Assembly (NCBI RefSeq): GCF_964355755.1
Contig: NC_092678.1
Coordinates: 946,422-1,010,421, forward strand
DNA: 64,000 nt
Origin: Antedon mediterranea
Taxonomy: Eukaryota; Animalia; Echinodermata
Reading direction: 5' to 3'
Numbering within the stretch: the first letter of the stretch is position 1; the number at the start of each line of letters is the position of its first letter. This document shows positions 45,999 to 59,175 of this stretch, piece after piece. Made by a program: the position numbers and the translations under genes. The notes beneath the pieces are model-generated. The model saw only the letters and a program-made list of their open reading frames with translations. It was not told where the DNA came from and did not search any database.

Positions 45999-47334
45999 AT
46001 TTACAAATTGTTTCAGTATTTGGTCAGATGTTTGCTTTACTCTAACGTAATTTGTACTTTATATTAAGTACATTGAGAATACTTGCGTTATTTTATTTTT
46101 TACTGCCACCACCAATCCAAAATGTAGGCCCTAATGAGCTGGCATCTCACACACAGTCTCCCATTGAAAATTCCGAAGCATGCTGGCCGTGTCATGGTAC
46201 TGTAGATTGATCGCGAACATTAACAAGTTTAAAAGAAATGCTTGGCGAATCCTTTGCCCAATAAACCATTTAATAGACATTGTAATGTATCTGTTTAAAG
46301 TAATTATTTCTTCTATGTTGTTAAAAAAAAATAGCAGTGCCTCAAACCTTGTGTGCGTTGAGATGTTCCTTGGTAGATCCATTCTTTGTAGAGATAAAAA
46401 TAAACAAGTACAGTCAGGGTCATTCCATGCCAAATCAACCAGTGGCTCAATGCTTCACCATCTCTAATGTTGCTGAAAAACGAATCACATGTACCTTGAT
46501 TAGTGTAATGAAAATTTCCTTAATAACGGTGGTGTTATTTAATAACTTATTAAACACATGCCTCAATCGCAATTTTATTTTGTTTATTTACACCCCTAAA
46601 TTGACTACCGCGTGTTCTGTATTCAGGCGACTACTGTATTTAAATGTATTAAACATGTGCTTCGACCACAAATTCAACTTACAAATAAAAATGACACAGT
46701 AATGCATAGAATAGAACAGAATTGGGACTTTCATAAAAATGTGACCTTCACGATTAACGGGCAGCAGAGTTTGACTTAGGTGGTGGATTCGACTAAACAA
46801 CAAAAGCATGTCAAAATACAATAAACAAAAAAAATCCAAGAAGTCCACCGCAAATTCTATTATTGATAAGCAGTTATTGATATTCACATTTTTTAATTGA
46901 AAATATCTATAAATTGAAATTTGATTTATAATTTTACTTCATTTTTATCTTTTAGCTTACTGAAGAAAACCATTGAATTGAAAGATGGCTGTTGGCAGAC
47001 GATCAGTAAAAACCTGTGACTGAGAGTAGTGAGACTACACAAGTGATGGGGATCAGTAAACAGTTTCGTCTTATCATGATGGTCCTCCTTCGTCTTTGCA
47101 CACAAGCCAGATGTGTACACGCAACCTCCAGTTTATTGAAAACTCGTTCAACCACCAGAATATTCGGTTCGCGTATCTAGTATAAATAACGCTCGCGAGT
47201 CTTTTGGCGATAGCAGCACCCACGTTTGAGTCGCGATGATCTCGTTACTTTGTCCAATTGCCATTGTGCTTTAATAGCCCATCCTCCTCAATAAAGTCAA
47301 TCCCTGTGTTGTGTCTTCACTCTTTAAAGCTATA

Positions 47335-47665
47335 CAGTAGACCCTTATTAGGTGACACTTTCCCGCGAAACAAGGCGAAATATATGCTTAACATCACTAC
47401 AAACAACCTTTTCTAGCATAAATGCATCAACAAATTATATTCATTATATCGTTGTTAATACGCAAATGGATATCATAATAATTGTGATAATAATTGACAC
47501 TTTCTCTAGCTTGACAAGTTTTCATGGTGAAACATGAATCAACTAAATCTTTCAATTCTTATTTTATTGTTTAGTGTTTTATTTATTTTATTTTTGCGGA
47601 AACCAGGGGACAATTTCTTGTAAAATATCTTAAATCTGAAGGTGTCCCTTAATAGGGTTCTACTG
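47335..47665. mobile_element. Tc1/mariner (pogo-like) MITE
   Basis: TA|cagtagacccttattaggtgacac ... gtgtcccttaatagggttctactg|TA. A similar end lies at ~57435-57459. Confidence 0.75.
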
Positions 47666-48425
47666 TATACTAGCTGTACGTACACCCATATTTAGCAGCA
47701 CCTATCCTACACTAACATTTGAGTCGCGACCCAACCAAGTCAATCCCTGTGTTGTGTCAATTATTTTCTCTGTATTTAAGTTATAATATACAATACATGC
47801 ACATAGTATTTATCTTTAGTGATAGGCATATACAGTATTTTCAGTATTGTATCTATTTTTTACTTTAAAATTTACATGTCTACGATTATTTTTCAGGCAG
47901 TATTTATACAGTAGTATAGTAGGCATATTTGTTACGTACCATTCAACTGTTATTAAATACAGTAGTATAGTAGGCATATTTGTTACGTACCATTCAACTG
48001 TTATTAAATACAGTAGTATAGTAGGCATATTGTTTGTTATTCAACATATATAGAAATATTGTTTGTAGGTAGGCAGCATATGTATCACATACAGCAATTT
48101 ATTAGTTTTGTAAGGGTGCAACTGTACGTCTTTGTGTGGGGGTAGACATCAAAATAGTAAATACAACCATTCTTTGGTGTAGTAGGAATATTCTATTTTT
48201 TACATTAGTTGGTTTAATATTTGCTTTGTATTTTTCAACTTTCCAAATTGTTGTATTATGTATCCATTATAACCTTGTTTATAATTTAGTTACTATTGTA
48301 CAGTATAGGCATATTGTTTTAGTGGTAGGCTTATATTAATTTTGGTAAGGTAAGTTTTCAAATATACTAACCTGGTAGCCAGTAACATTGACAAATCCAA
48401 GATTGAGGTAAGTGGATTGATTGTA

Positions 48426-48762
48426 TAGTTCTACCAAAAACGCCCTCTACCGTTTGATAAGTGCACTCCTGCTCATAGAGGGCATATTTTATAACGCCTT
48501 AAAAATAATGAGGGCGCTATTCAAAATATAAGCTTTGTAACACCGCTACGCTCATTTTTTTTATTTTGAGCGCACTCCCAACTACAGAGGGCGTATTTCT
48601 ATAATGGGGTTTATGTTAGGGGGCGCTGTTTGATTGATAGCTTTGTAGGGGACCCGCACGCCCTTTTTTGTTTAAAATGAGGGCGCCCTTTGCCATAATT
48701 AACGCCCTCTTGCGATTGGAGTGTAGCTTTGAAACGGGTGAGGGCGTCTTTAGGTTGAACAG
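48426..48762. mobile_element. Old MITE with multiple internal GAGGGCG/CGCCCTC motifs
   Basis: Imperfect TIR gttctaccaaaaacgccctc / gagggcgtctttaggttgaac, with about 8 internal copies of the motif. Confidence 0.5.
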
Positions 48763-49899
48763 TGATCGGCCACAATTAATAAAAGACAAGAGACCAACAT
48801 AACCTGTGTGTTGTTTTATTTGTACAAAAAAAAAATGCATCTCTCCACAACCCATGTGTGCCCCACTACACCAACGAGTATCAACCCACTCAACTACACA
48901 GTGAATATGTCCCCCAAGTCATGCTGTCACAACCACCATCGGAAAGAATGTTTCAAGACATCTAGAAAGTTAAAGATTCAAGTTTCAATCGAAGACGATT
49001 AAAGTTCAATGTAAACTACAGACCGACCAAACACAAGTGAGAACCCAATACTCCAATGCAGGGACGCTGACACATGAGGGAATCGCCCTGGGCACACCGG
49101 ACGTTCTCAGGAGTGGAATTATATGCTGTTTTAGCATAGGAATTTAGACCTATATTAAAATTTGATACTAAAATTTTTAATTTATTAAAATTACAAACAG
49201 AATTTATAAAAGAAAAATAAGTTTTGATTTTATTAAAAATTGTACAGATATAACTAATAAAAGAATTTTGATATCAATTATTATTATTTTAAACATAACC
49301 AGAAGGTTACATTGTAAGCCTAAATTAATATTATACGGTTCAAAAAGGTAAATGGCTTAAAGACTTAATTCCCAAAACACCAAACTAGACGCATTTATGT
49401 TGAACGAAGCTTGTCTTAGTTTCACACGACACAAATGCAAACAGGTTGTTGTTGTGGAAAATAAAGCCTGACTGGTTTCAGAAAAATTAGATGTCAATAA
49501 TTTTGATGCTTATATTAGCTCAAGAAAACAAATTGTGCAGTACATAATTTGGATTATATAATTTAATAAGGTTGACTCTCTGGTAATACCAAACCCAACG
49601 ACTTCGTTTTCAGGACAGCACAGTGTAATTGTTATACTGCCCAACTCATTTACCCTTCAGATACGGTACCAACTATTCCTATCTTAAGAGAAGCCATTTT
49701 TTATTTCAGTGTAAATTTGTCTATTTTTTTATTATTATTAATGTTTGTAGTAACCAACTGTGTGTATGTTGTGTTCACTGTGTGTAGACCACTGTATGTA
49801 TAAACTCAACCAAAACAAACTATTAAGCTACAATTCAATGTAATTAAATTATATTAATTAAATTATGTTATTAAGTATAAATTCACCACTCATTGGTGA

Positions 49900-51815
49900 C
49901 TAAGTTTTAAAGACCCTTACTGGCAGCAAAGTTTGAATAGCCTCTTACAGGCACGTAAGTTTGAATAGCCCTTTACGGGCAGCTAAGTTTGAATAGCCCC
50001 TTACAGGCAGCTAAGTTTTAAAAGCCACTTACTGGCAGCAAAGTTTGAATAGCACCTTACAGGCACCTAAGTTTGAATAGCACCTTCAGGCACCTAAGTT
50101 TGAATAGCCCCTTACGGGCAGCTAAGTTTGAATAGCCCCTTACGGGCAGCTAAGTTTTAAAAGCCACTTACTGGCAGCAAAGTTTGAATAGCACCTTACG
50201 GGCAGCTAAGTTTTAATAGCACCTTACGGGCAGCTAAGTTTTAATAGCACCTTACGGGCAGCTAAGTTTTTATAGCCCTTACAGGCAGCTAAGTTTTAAA
50301 AGCCACTTACAGGCAGCAAAGTTTGAATAGCACCTTACGGGCAGCTAAGTTTTAATAGCTCCTTACAGGCAGCTAAGTTTTAATAGCCACTTACTGGCAG
50401 CTAAGTTTTAAAAGCCCCTTACGGGCAGCCTAGTTTTAAAAGCCCCTTACGGGCAGCTAAGTTTGAATAGCCCCTTACGGGCAGCTAAGTTTTAAAAGCC
50501 ACTTACTGGCAGCAAAGTTTGAATAGCACCTTACGGGCAGCTAAGTTTGAATAGCACCTTACGGGCAGCTAAGTTTTAATAGCACCTTACGGGCAGCTAA
50601 GTTTTAATAGCACCTTACGGGCAGCTAAGTTTTTATAGCCCTTACAGGCAGCTAAGTTTTAAAAGCCACTTACAGGCAGCAAAGTTTGAATAGCACCTTA
50701 CGGGCAGTTAAGTTTTTATAGCTCCTTACAGGCAGCTAAGTTTTAATAGCCACTTACTGGCAGCTAAGTTTTAAAAGCCCCTTACGGGCAGCCTAGTTTT
50801 AAAAGCCCCTTACGGGCAGCCAAGTTTTAATAGCCACTTACGGGCAGCTAAGTTTTAATAGCCACTTACGGGCAGCTAAGTTTTTATAGCCCCTTACAGG
50901 CAGCTAAGTTTTTATAGCCCCTTACAGGCACCTAAGTTTGAATAGCCCTTCACGGGCAGCTAAGTTTGAATAGCGCCTTACAGGCAGCTAAGTTTCAAAA
51001 GCCACTTACGGGCAGCTAAGTTTTAATAGCACCTTACGAACAACTAAGTTTTAATAGCCCCTTAATACGGACAGCTAAGTTTTAATAGCACCTTACGGGC
51101 AGCTAAGTTTTAATAGCAACTTACGGGCAGCTAAGTTTTTATAGCCCCTAACAGGCAGCTAAGTTTTAAAGCCAATTACGGGCAGCTAAGTTTTAAAAGC
51201 CCCTTACGGGCAGCCTAGTTTTAAAAGTCCCTTACGGGCAGCCTAGTTTTAAAAGCCCCTTACGGGCAGCTAAGTTTTAATAGCACCTTACGGGCAGCTA
51301 AGTTTTAATAGCCACTTACGGGCAGCTAAGTTTTTATAGCCCCTTACGGGCAGCTAAGTTTTAATAGCGCCTTACAGGCAGCTAAGTTTTAAAAGCCACT
51401 TACGGGCAGCTAAGTTTTAATAGCACCTTACGAACAACTAAGTTTTAATAGCCCCTTAATACGGACAGCTAAGTTTTAATAGCACCTTACGGGCAGCTAA
51501 GTTTTAATAGCAACTTACGGGCAGCTAAGTTTTTATAGCCCCTAACAGGCAGCTAAGTTTTAAAGCCAATTACGGGCAGCTAAGTTTTAAAAGCCCCTTA
51601 CGGGCAGCCTAGTTTTAAAAGTCCCTTACGGGCAGCCTAGTTTTAAAAGCCCCTTACGGGCAGCTAAGTTTTAATAGCACCTTACGGGCAGCTAAGTTTT
51701 AATAGCCACTTACGGGCAGCTAAGTTTTTATAGCCTCTTACGGGCAGCTAAGTTTTAATAGCCCCTTACGGGCAGCTAAGTTTTAAAAGCCCCTTACGCG
51801 CAGCTAAGTTTTAAA
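49900..51815. repeat. 28-bp satellite with higher-order duplications
   Basis: Unit aagttttaatagccccttacgggcagct. Variant markers recur at ~363-bp (50427/50790) and ~394-bp (51037/51431) spacing. Confidence 0.97.
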
Positions 51816-52288
51816 TTTAACTGACATAAACATAAAAAATACGCCTAAATTTATTTATTAAATTTAACTATTCAAAACATTAAATTGTCAATGCTGTAAA
51901 TAATTTACATCACCCAAATAAAGTTTATATTATTAGTCTGCCTATTGCATACTGTATCAACTGGTTTATCCTACTTGTTATAATAAGGACACTAAAAGAG
52001 TGCATTTAATTTATTTTTGAATGTTAAATAAATATCAATGCTTTTTAAAACAACTATTCCTAGCTACAGTAATTTATCATTATTGTTTGTTTTGGTAGAA
52101 AATACATTTGAATGATGAATGATGCTTTACAAAATACTCAATATGACTTCTCCTTGAATTTGTGCGAACCAAAATAAATTATGCATTTATGCAGAGTTTA
52201 ATTTATGTATTTATAAAATTGTTTTATTATATTTGCAACCAAAAATTAGAGTACTGTAAATGGTCAGCAAATCTACTTCATAAATTAA

Positions 52289-53532
52289 AGCTAAGTTTTA
52301 AATTTCCCCCTACAATCACCTAAGTTATAAATTTCCCTTTACAGGCACCTAAGTTTTAAATTTCCCTTACAGGCAGCTAAGGTTTAAATTTCCCCTTACA
52401 GGCAGCTAAGTTTTAAATTTCCCCCTTCAAGCAGCTAAGTTTTAAATTTCCCCTTACAGGCAGCTAAGGTTTAAATTTCCCCTTACAGGCAGCTAAGTTT
52501 TAAATTTCCCCCTTCAAGCAGCTAAGTTTTAAATTTCCCCTTACAGGCAGCTAAGTTTTAAATTTCCCCTTACAGGCAGCTAAGTTTTAAATTTCTCCTT
52601 ACAGGTGGCTAAGTTTTAAATTTCCCCTTACAAGCAGCTAAGTTTTAAATTTCCCCCTACAAGCAGCTAAGTTTTAAATTTCCCCCTTCAAGCAGCTAAG
52701 TTTTAAATTTCCCCTTACAGGCAGCTAAGGTTTAAATTGCCCCTTACAGGCAGCTAAGTTTTAAATTTCCCCCTTCAAGCAGCTAAGTTTTAAATTTCCC
52801 CTTACAATCAGCTAAGTTTTAAATGTCCCCTTACAGGCAGCTAAGTTTTAAATTTCTCCTTACAGGTGGCTAAGTTTTAAATTTTCCACTACAATCAGCT
52901 AAGTTTGAAATTTCCCCTTACAGGTGGCCAAGTTTAAAATTTCCCCTTACAATCAGCCAAGTTTTAAATTTCCCCTTACAGGCAAGTTTTAAATTGCCCC
53001 TTACAGGTGGCTAAGTTTTAAATTTCCCCTTACAGGCAGCTAAGTTTTAAATTTCCCCTCAGGTGGCTACGTTTTAAATTTCCCCTTACAGGCAGCTAAG
53101 GTTTAAATTTCCCCTTACAGGCAGCTAAGGTTTAAATTTCCCCTTACAGGCAGCTAAGGTTTAAATTTCCCCTTACAGGCAGCTAAGTTTTAAATTGCCA
53201 CTTACAAACAGTTATGGTTTGATTTCCCCTTACAGGCAGCTAAGTTTTAAATTTCCCCTTACAGGCAGCTACGTTTTAAATTTACCCTTACAGGCAGCTA
53301 AGGTTTAAATTTACCCTTACAGGCAGCTAAGGTTTAAATTTCCCCTTACAGGCGGCTAAGGTTTAAATTGCCACTTACAGTTGGCTAAGTTTTAAATTTC
53401 CCCTTACAGGCAGCTAAGGTTTAAATTTTCCCTTACAGGCAGCTAAGGTTTAAATTTCCCCTTACAGGCAGCTAAGGTTTAAATTGCCACTTACAGACAG
53501 TTATGGTTTGATTTCCCCTTACAGGCGGCTAA
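52289..53532. repeat. 29-bp satellite related to the 28-bp array
   Basis: Unit aagttttaaatttccccttacaggcagct. Confidence 0.97.
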
Positions 53533-55894
53533 AATAGTTACATTAATAATTTTTTGTTGCAAATATAAAATTGTTATATTTTTGTATTGTGTGTAATGTG
53601 TGAATTGCTGTTTAAATTTAAAGACAGAAATATAGCTAAATTATGTAATTGTATTTAATTAAATTGGTACCATATCTTTGAGATAAATATATCAAGCACA
53701 CTTTGAGAATAGTATCGTATAACTTCCTGCCTGCTTACTTAGCCAGATCGAAGAGGAATGTATCACAGAGTTTGTCTAACCACCAAAAGTTCAAAAATAT
53801 TTTTTGTTTGTACATGCACGCAATGTCTTTTGAGTTATTAAATTATTTAAATTGGAAACAGAACCATAAAACATACTGAAACCAGTTTATTAAGTTATTT
53901 AACTCCTGATTTGTCTAGTTTCAAACCCATACACTGATGATGGTGCCACCGCCACAATGCCAACACCACAAAGGACTGTAAAGGACTCTCACAAGCATTT
54001 GGTCAAAATGTAGTTTACATAGAACATGAAACAATTTTCAAAAACCTTCATAGAAAATCTCAAAACAAACTCACCAATTAGCAGGAGCAAAGAACACGAC
54101 CCGAGGAAGCATCCACCGTGCGGCCGAGCGTGCCGACACCCATCAGTGCAGCTGAGCACACAGATGGGTTGCAGAGAGATGCATTTTGTACAATGTTTAG
54201 AGTTTGAAAAATATCTGAAACTAAATACAATATATATTCATTAAACTACAACATACAAACAGAGTGAAGTGGAATCTATATAATTATGAAGTTGTCCAAA
54301 ACAAATTGTGTTCTTTAAAATCTGTTTCAAATTTAGAATACAAATTAGTTTAAAAGTTTAAATGAGCTACCACACCATAATTAGATGACGTTGGTATTTT
54401 GCAATTTTAAATTTTGTTTAAGTAATCAACACAAATATAAAATAACTTGAATAAAATAGTAAATATATGGCCATCCAAAAAATGTTTGTGTTTAAAATTT
54501 GTTTCAAATTTAGAATAAAAAAATAATTTAGATATTTTCCAAACTCTTTAAATAAATTGGAGTTGCCTTTGATTTGACGGCAATGATCAATTTTAGATTT
54601 TGTTAACAACTTATTTTTAAAATAAATTGCCAAATTTAAATAATTTTGAAGTGTTCCACTTCACCGAACAATTACAATATTGCAAATAAATTATGTGTTT
54701 GTTGATTTTGAAATTGGTTGCTGGCCGATGCAGCAAGTCTCTCCCATGGAAACGCTCCTCATTCTGCGAGTAGTACCTGAAAGATTGAAATTGATAAACA
54801 GTAATTCACAGATCACATTTAATATTGTGTTTAGTTTATAATGGAATAAAGAAACATTTTGAACAGGAATTGCTAGAGTTTTGAGATGTTGAAACTACTA
54901 CTAGGATTAAATTTGATTGTAATATTACAATCAAATTTAATCCTTATGCTTTTGTAAAAGTTGCAGTAGCAGAGTATCATACAGAAAGACACAGGTTTAA
55001 TTGACTCCCAGTCAACTCAGCTGTAAATGAGTACCTAGTTGAAAGGGCATCATTCTATGCTATTTATAAATAATAAGCCAAGATAAAATATTGCAAACAT
55101 ACCATTCCAACATGTTGACATCATCTTCCTCTGCGGCTCAACTTCATCTGTATGTGTGCTTCAGTTCCATTCCTTCTTTTCACATTTCAAGTGATCAACA
55201 AACACTTTTACATATTAAAATAGATGTGCAAAACCAAATGTATGTAAGCTACCGTACTCACTCACTATGCAGTGTTAACACAAACAGCAGCGCAGCTTTT
55301 TACAGTTTTTAAAACCTTTCCAATCGGGATGCTTCAACCAGGGTTTACGCAAAGCGAGTACGGTATTTTTCAATTTGTAGAAAACAAGAAAAAGCCTCAT
55401 CAACCTAAACCCATTATAAACAAAAACTAAATGGACGTGTAGTTAGCGGTTATTGGTTGACAATGTGAAGGGAGTGCGCCACCAATTGGTTGTACCAGCC
55501 ATTCACCTTTCTGCTTTATAACAGTTGATTGTACACCATGCAACAAGAGCATTGGTTACCATCCCTTCAGATCAACTGTTGCTAATGAAGAAAGGGAATG
55601 TCTGCTAGAACTGGTTGGTGGCGCACTTCATAGACATCAACAAACGCAATAATCGTTAATTCAAGAACCTTTAGTTTGTTTACATTCAGGGAGATCACCA
55701 TATGAATTGAATTTACTTAAATTAAAGTGAAATTTTAAATGTGAATTATCCCCAAAAACATGATAAATTAGGATTAATCTAATCAGACTTTGAATATGCC
55801 ATTTCGCATACATAAATAAATGGTTAAATTTAGTCAATCTATATTAGGAAGGAAAGCAATAAAAAAAAAAAAAATTGAATAAAAATTACACTAA

Positions 55895-57290
55895 ATTGTT
55901 CAGTTAATGAGGCTTTTCCCTTTACAATAGTGTTCCTAAAATATTTATCTAACCCAATAAACCTCGTTAGCAAATGTAAATTTTAGTAGACAAGATTATG
56001 TCAAATTTGCTTATTAAATTTTGTTTTGTAAATTTAATGTAATGTTTTACATACACTTATACAGTATGTTTACAGTATAAGCTACCATCCTTAAATTGTA
56101 ATTTGATTTTGATACCATTTAGAACCAAAATACATAAATGAAAATAATAATGGTATCAGGGATTACCCTCGATTTTCACAGAATCCTGAATGAATTAAAT
56201 TTGAAGTTATAATTTAAGAAAATTAAAGAAAAATAATTATTATGTAATATCACAATTATTATATATATTTTGTTTGCTAACGAGAGTTTTACAGAATATG
56301 AACTCTAAACATTGCACCCATTGAAAAAGAACCTCATCAGCAAAAACAAATCTCAACATTGAAATATTTTATCTGATACCAAATAAAACGAAAATAGAAA
56401 TGTAAAATGCAAGAAATCATGGTATCACTATCAGGGATTATCCTGAAAATCCCCAATGGGATTAAACTAGGATACCAATTTGAAGAAAAACATATTTTTG
56501 CTTTTCCCATAAAAGAAAAACAACAAATATTGTTTAATTTTGTGGTATACCATGTAAAATGAAAATATCCAATATGCCAAGTAAAAAAAAACATGGTATC
56601 AGGAATCTCCAGATGGGATCCCTTTGTAATTAAATTGAATTTAAGTATTTTCTTAAAATATTGCAGAAAAGTTTCTTTGTGCATTTAAAATTCAACATTA
56701 TATTTGTTTGTTGCTAGTGAGGATTTACTAATACAAAGAGAAGAAACCAGAACCTCATCAGCAAAAACAAATCATCAGATTCAGGAAAATTTGTGTAGAG
56801 AATTAAGTAATAAAATGTGTTAACTGTGGTTTAGTTTTGATACCATTCAAACAAAAGATTTTATTATTAAGAAAATTGGTATCAGATGGATTACCTTTGG
56901 GAACATGTCCTGAGATTAAATTTGAAGTTTTATAAGATTACAATTTTAAGATAGAAAACCAACTGATTGTGTTAATTGCTAAATGAGGGTTTGGTACACA
57001 AAATAAACATAAACACAAAGAAAGAAAAATAAGAACCTCATCAGCAAAAACAAATGATGTCTACAATTGACATTGTTTAATCTAATATAGTTCAATTTTG
57101 ATTTGAATTCTTTTGATACCATGTCAAACGAAAAGAACCATTAAAATATTAATCATTGCATCAGGGTTCACCCCAGCAGGATGGGTGATATAGTTGAAGT
57201 CAATTTGAAATTGAATTTTAAGAACTATTGTTTTTTAAGATAAAAAAGCTAAATTTCCAAATTAATTTGTTCATTGCTAATGAGGATTTG
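55895..57290. repeat. Array of alternating conserved inverted-repeat pairs with non-conserved spacers
   Basis: Type A TTGCTAATGAGG...AGAACCTCATCAGCAAAAACAAAT (4 pairs plus one left arm) and type B TGATACCAT...ATGGTATCAGG (5 pairs). Confidence 0.8.
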
Positions 57291-57534
57291 CAAATTACAC
57301 ATTAAAATAATAAAAGAATCAAAAACAGCTGGCCATCTCCAATCTTGTTAAACTGAAACAAAGAAGAAAACAAAACATTTAAAGTAACACTTAATAGGTG
57401 TATTAGGAATAGGGGTGACCCTCTTTAATAGTGGTGTCCCAAAAGAGGATTCTACTGTATAAAGTAAATGATGTAATGGAGAGATATTAGGGTACAGGCA
57501 TGAATTCAAATTCTTTGATGCTTTTAAATATGTT

Positions 57535-57698
57535 CATTTATTGCCTTATATGGAATGGATGTTAAGTCATTTATTGCCTTATATGGAATGGATGTTAAGT
57601 CATTTATTGCCTTATATGGAATGGATGTTAAGTCATTTATTGCCTTATATGGAATGGATGTTAAGTCATTTATTGCCTTATATGGAATGGATGTTAAG
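57535..57698. repeat. 33-bp minisatellite (5 copies)
   Basis: Unit catttattgccttatatggaatggatgttaagt. Confidence 0.95.
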
Positions 57699-57842
57699 CC
57701 ACTGCTACATGTGTATAATTAATATAAACTAATGTTTAACCCCACTTGGATCCATTTAGACCGTGTGTGAACAGAATCCAGGATCCTAACCACTAAAAAG
57801 ACAAGTACATGAGAATTGTACTGATTATCAGCATGTGTCTAA

Positions 57843-57973
57843 AGCTCTGTCTACACTATCAAATTTTGAGACAAAAAAATGTGATGTGCCCATATATGGA
57901 CATGTCATATCCCTACTATACAAGGGGACATCACACTTTTTTGTCAAACTAGTTTGATAGTGTAGACAGAGCT
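57843..57973. mobile_element. Palindromic ~130-bp MITE, copy 3
   Basis: TIR agctctgtctacactatcaaa / tttgatagtgtagacagagct. Confidence 0.8.
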
Positions 57974-59175
57974 ACATGAAGTCTCAGACTTTATGTCAAA
58001 TAAAAAAAATACCTCGAGTTCCTTGTGACAGCTGATCAAAAGCAAGTAGCTTCTAGTAGTCCAGTCTTCAGATCTTCTTATTGGTTTAATATTCTCTGTA
58101 AAATTAAATGATTTAATTTGATTTATTAATAATATACAAGTGGACCAGTTTGAAAGTAGCATGAATATGTTGTCATATCCATGGTTGTTAATTTGTAGAC
58201 ATTTAAAATTGAGGGTGGCCATTTTTAAATGTTACTCATTCAGAAAACACAGATTGTTTTCAAAAACATTTCATATCAACTTCAGTTGAGCAAAAGGTTG
58301 ACAGATAGAATGAATAGAGGCCGTGCAATGTATATCTGACATTAAACCTACCAATGTGTTCTTTTATTATTTCTTTAGTCTGGTAATTATAAATACTTCA
58401 TTTGTTAAAAGTGGATAATCTGTCATCATTCTGTATTTGCCATCATGTTCTGATTGGTGCTGCAAGCTGTACCTCCTTCTACTGACATTGGCTGGCTAAA
58501 AACAATATCTGTAAAATTATAAAATATTTAAACAAAAATTAGTTACTTGGCAAGTGCAGGGAAATTTCTTGCATTAATTCAATTGTACTTGATAATGTTA
58601 ATCAAACTTCCCAATATTTTCTTTATATCCTTAAAGATAATTGCAGATTGAGATTTTCTAGGGTTTGGAACTCCTTGCTTTTTGTTTGTAATTGTTGGTG
58701 TTATTTTAAGAAGAAAATATGTGATCACTTTAATTTAATAAAATGTAATAATTTCATAAAAGTCACTTTATGTTGTTGGATGCATAGGAAATTAAAAAAA
58801 TATTAAAATTGTTTATATTTGTTATACCATGGAGGTACTATTACTATACAAATAAAATAGATGTGCAAAAACTTTATACATTCAAATATATTTTAAATTT
58901 TTATACCTTTATTTTTATATTGGTAATCGGCTAGTTGACAGTTTTTTTTTCTCTTCGGTACTTCTTTTTTATGGATCACTGAAAGGAATAAATAAATAAA
59001 AACATAAAATGTGACTTTATCATCACTGCTAACATTAACAACTAAACTTACTTACCAATATATGACTAAACCTGTACAAAGTTCTTATCAGCTCCACAGT
59101 GGCAGCTTACCAAAAGGTTTAGTATTAGGCTTAGGCCGCCCTAATAATTTAGTTAGGGCCTAGTCATTTTTTAAT

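Larger units (their letters stand above)
44620..47220 (-). pseudogene. Possible degraded multi-exon gene of unknown identity
   Basis: Several higher-GC blocks bounded by minus-strand splice signals (~47080-46958, 46473-46085, 45420-45271, 44814-44622), with a hydrophobic start MIRRNCLLIPITCVVSLLLSVTG. Stops and frameshifts in all frames. Confidence 0.3.

Noticed and set aside
49900-53532. CRISPR-like array (28-29-bp repeats)
   Set aside because: Units are directly adjacent with no unique spacers, there are no cas genes, and the context is eukaryotic: ordinary satellite.
54985-55050. SINE-core-like motif caactcagctgtaaatgagtacc
   Set aside because: Too short, and no tRNA-derived A/B boxes are visible.
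55895-57290. Hammerhead ribozymes, C/D snoRNAs, SECIS elements, RAG-type RSS or canonical pre-miRNAs
   Set aside because: CTGATGA (minus strand) is buried in a stem with no GAAA core or D box. There is no GA quartet and no CACAGTG heptamer, loops are too long for canonical pre-miRNA, and I recognise no known seed. Kept as an unexplained finding.
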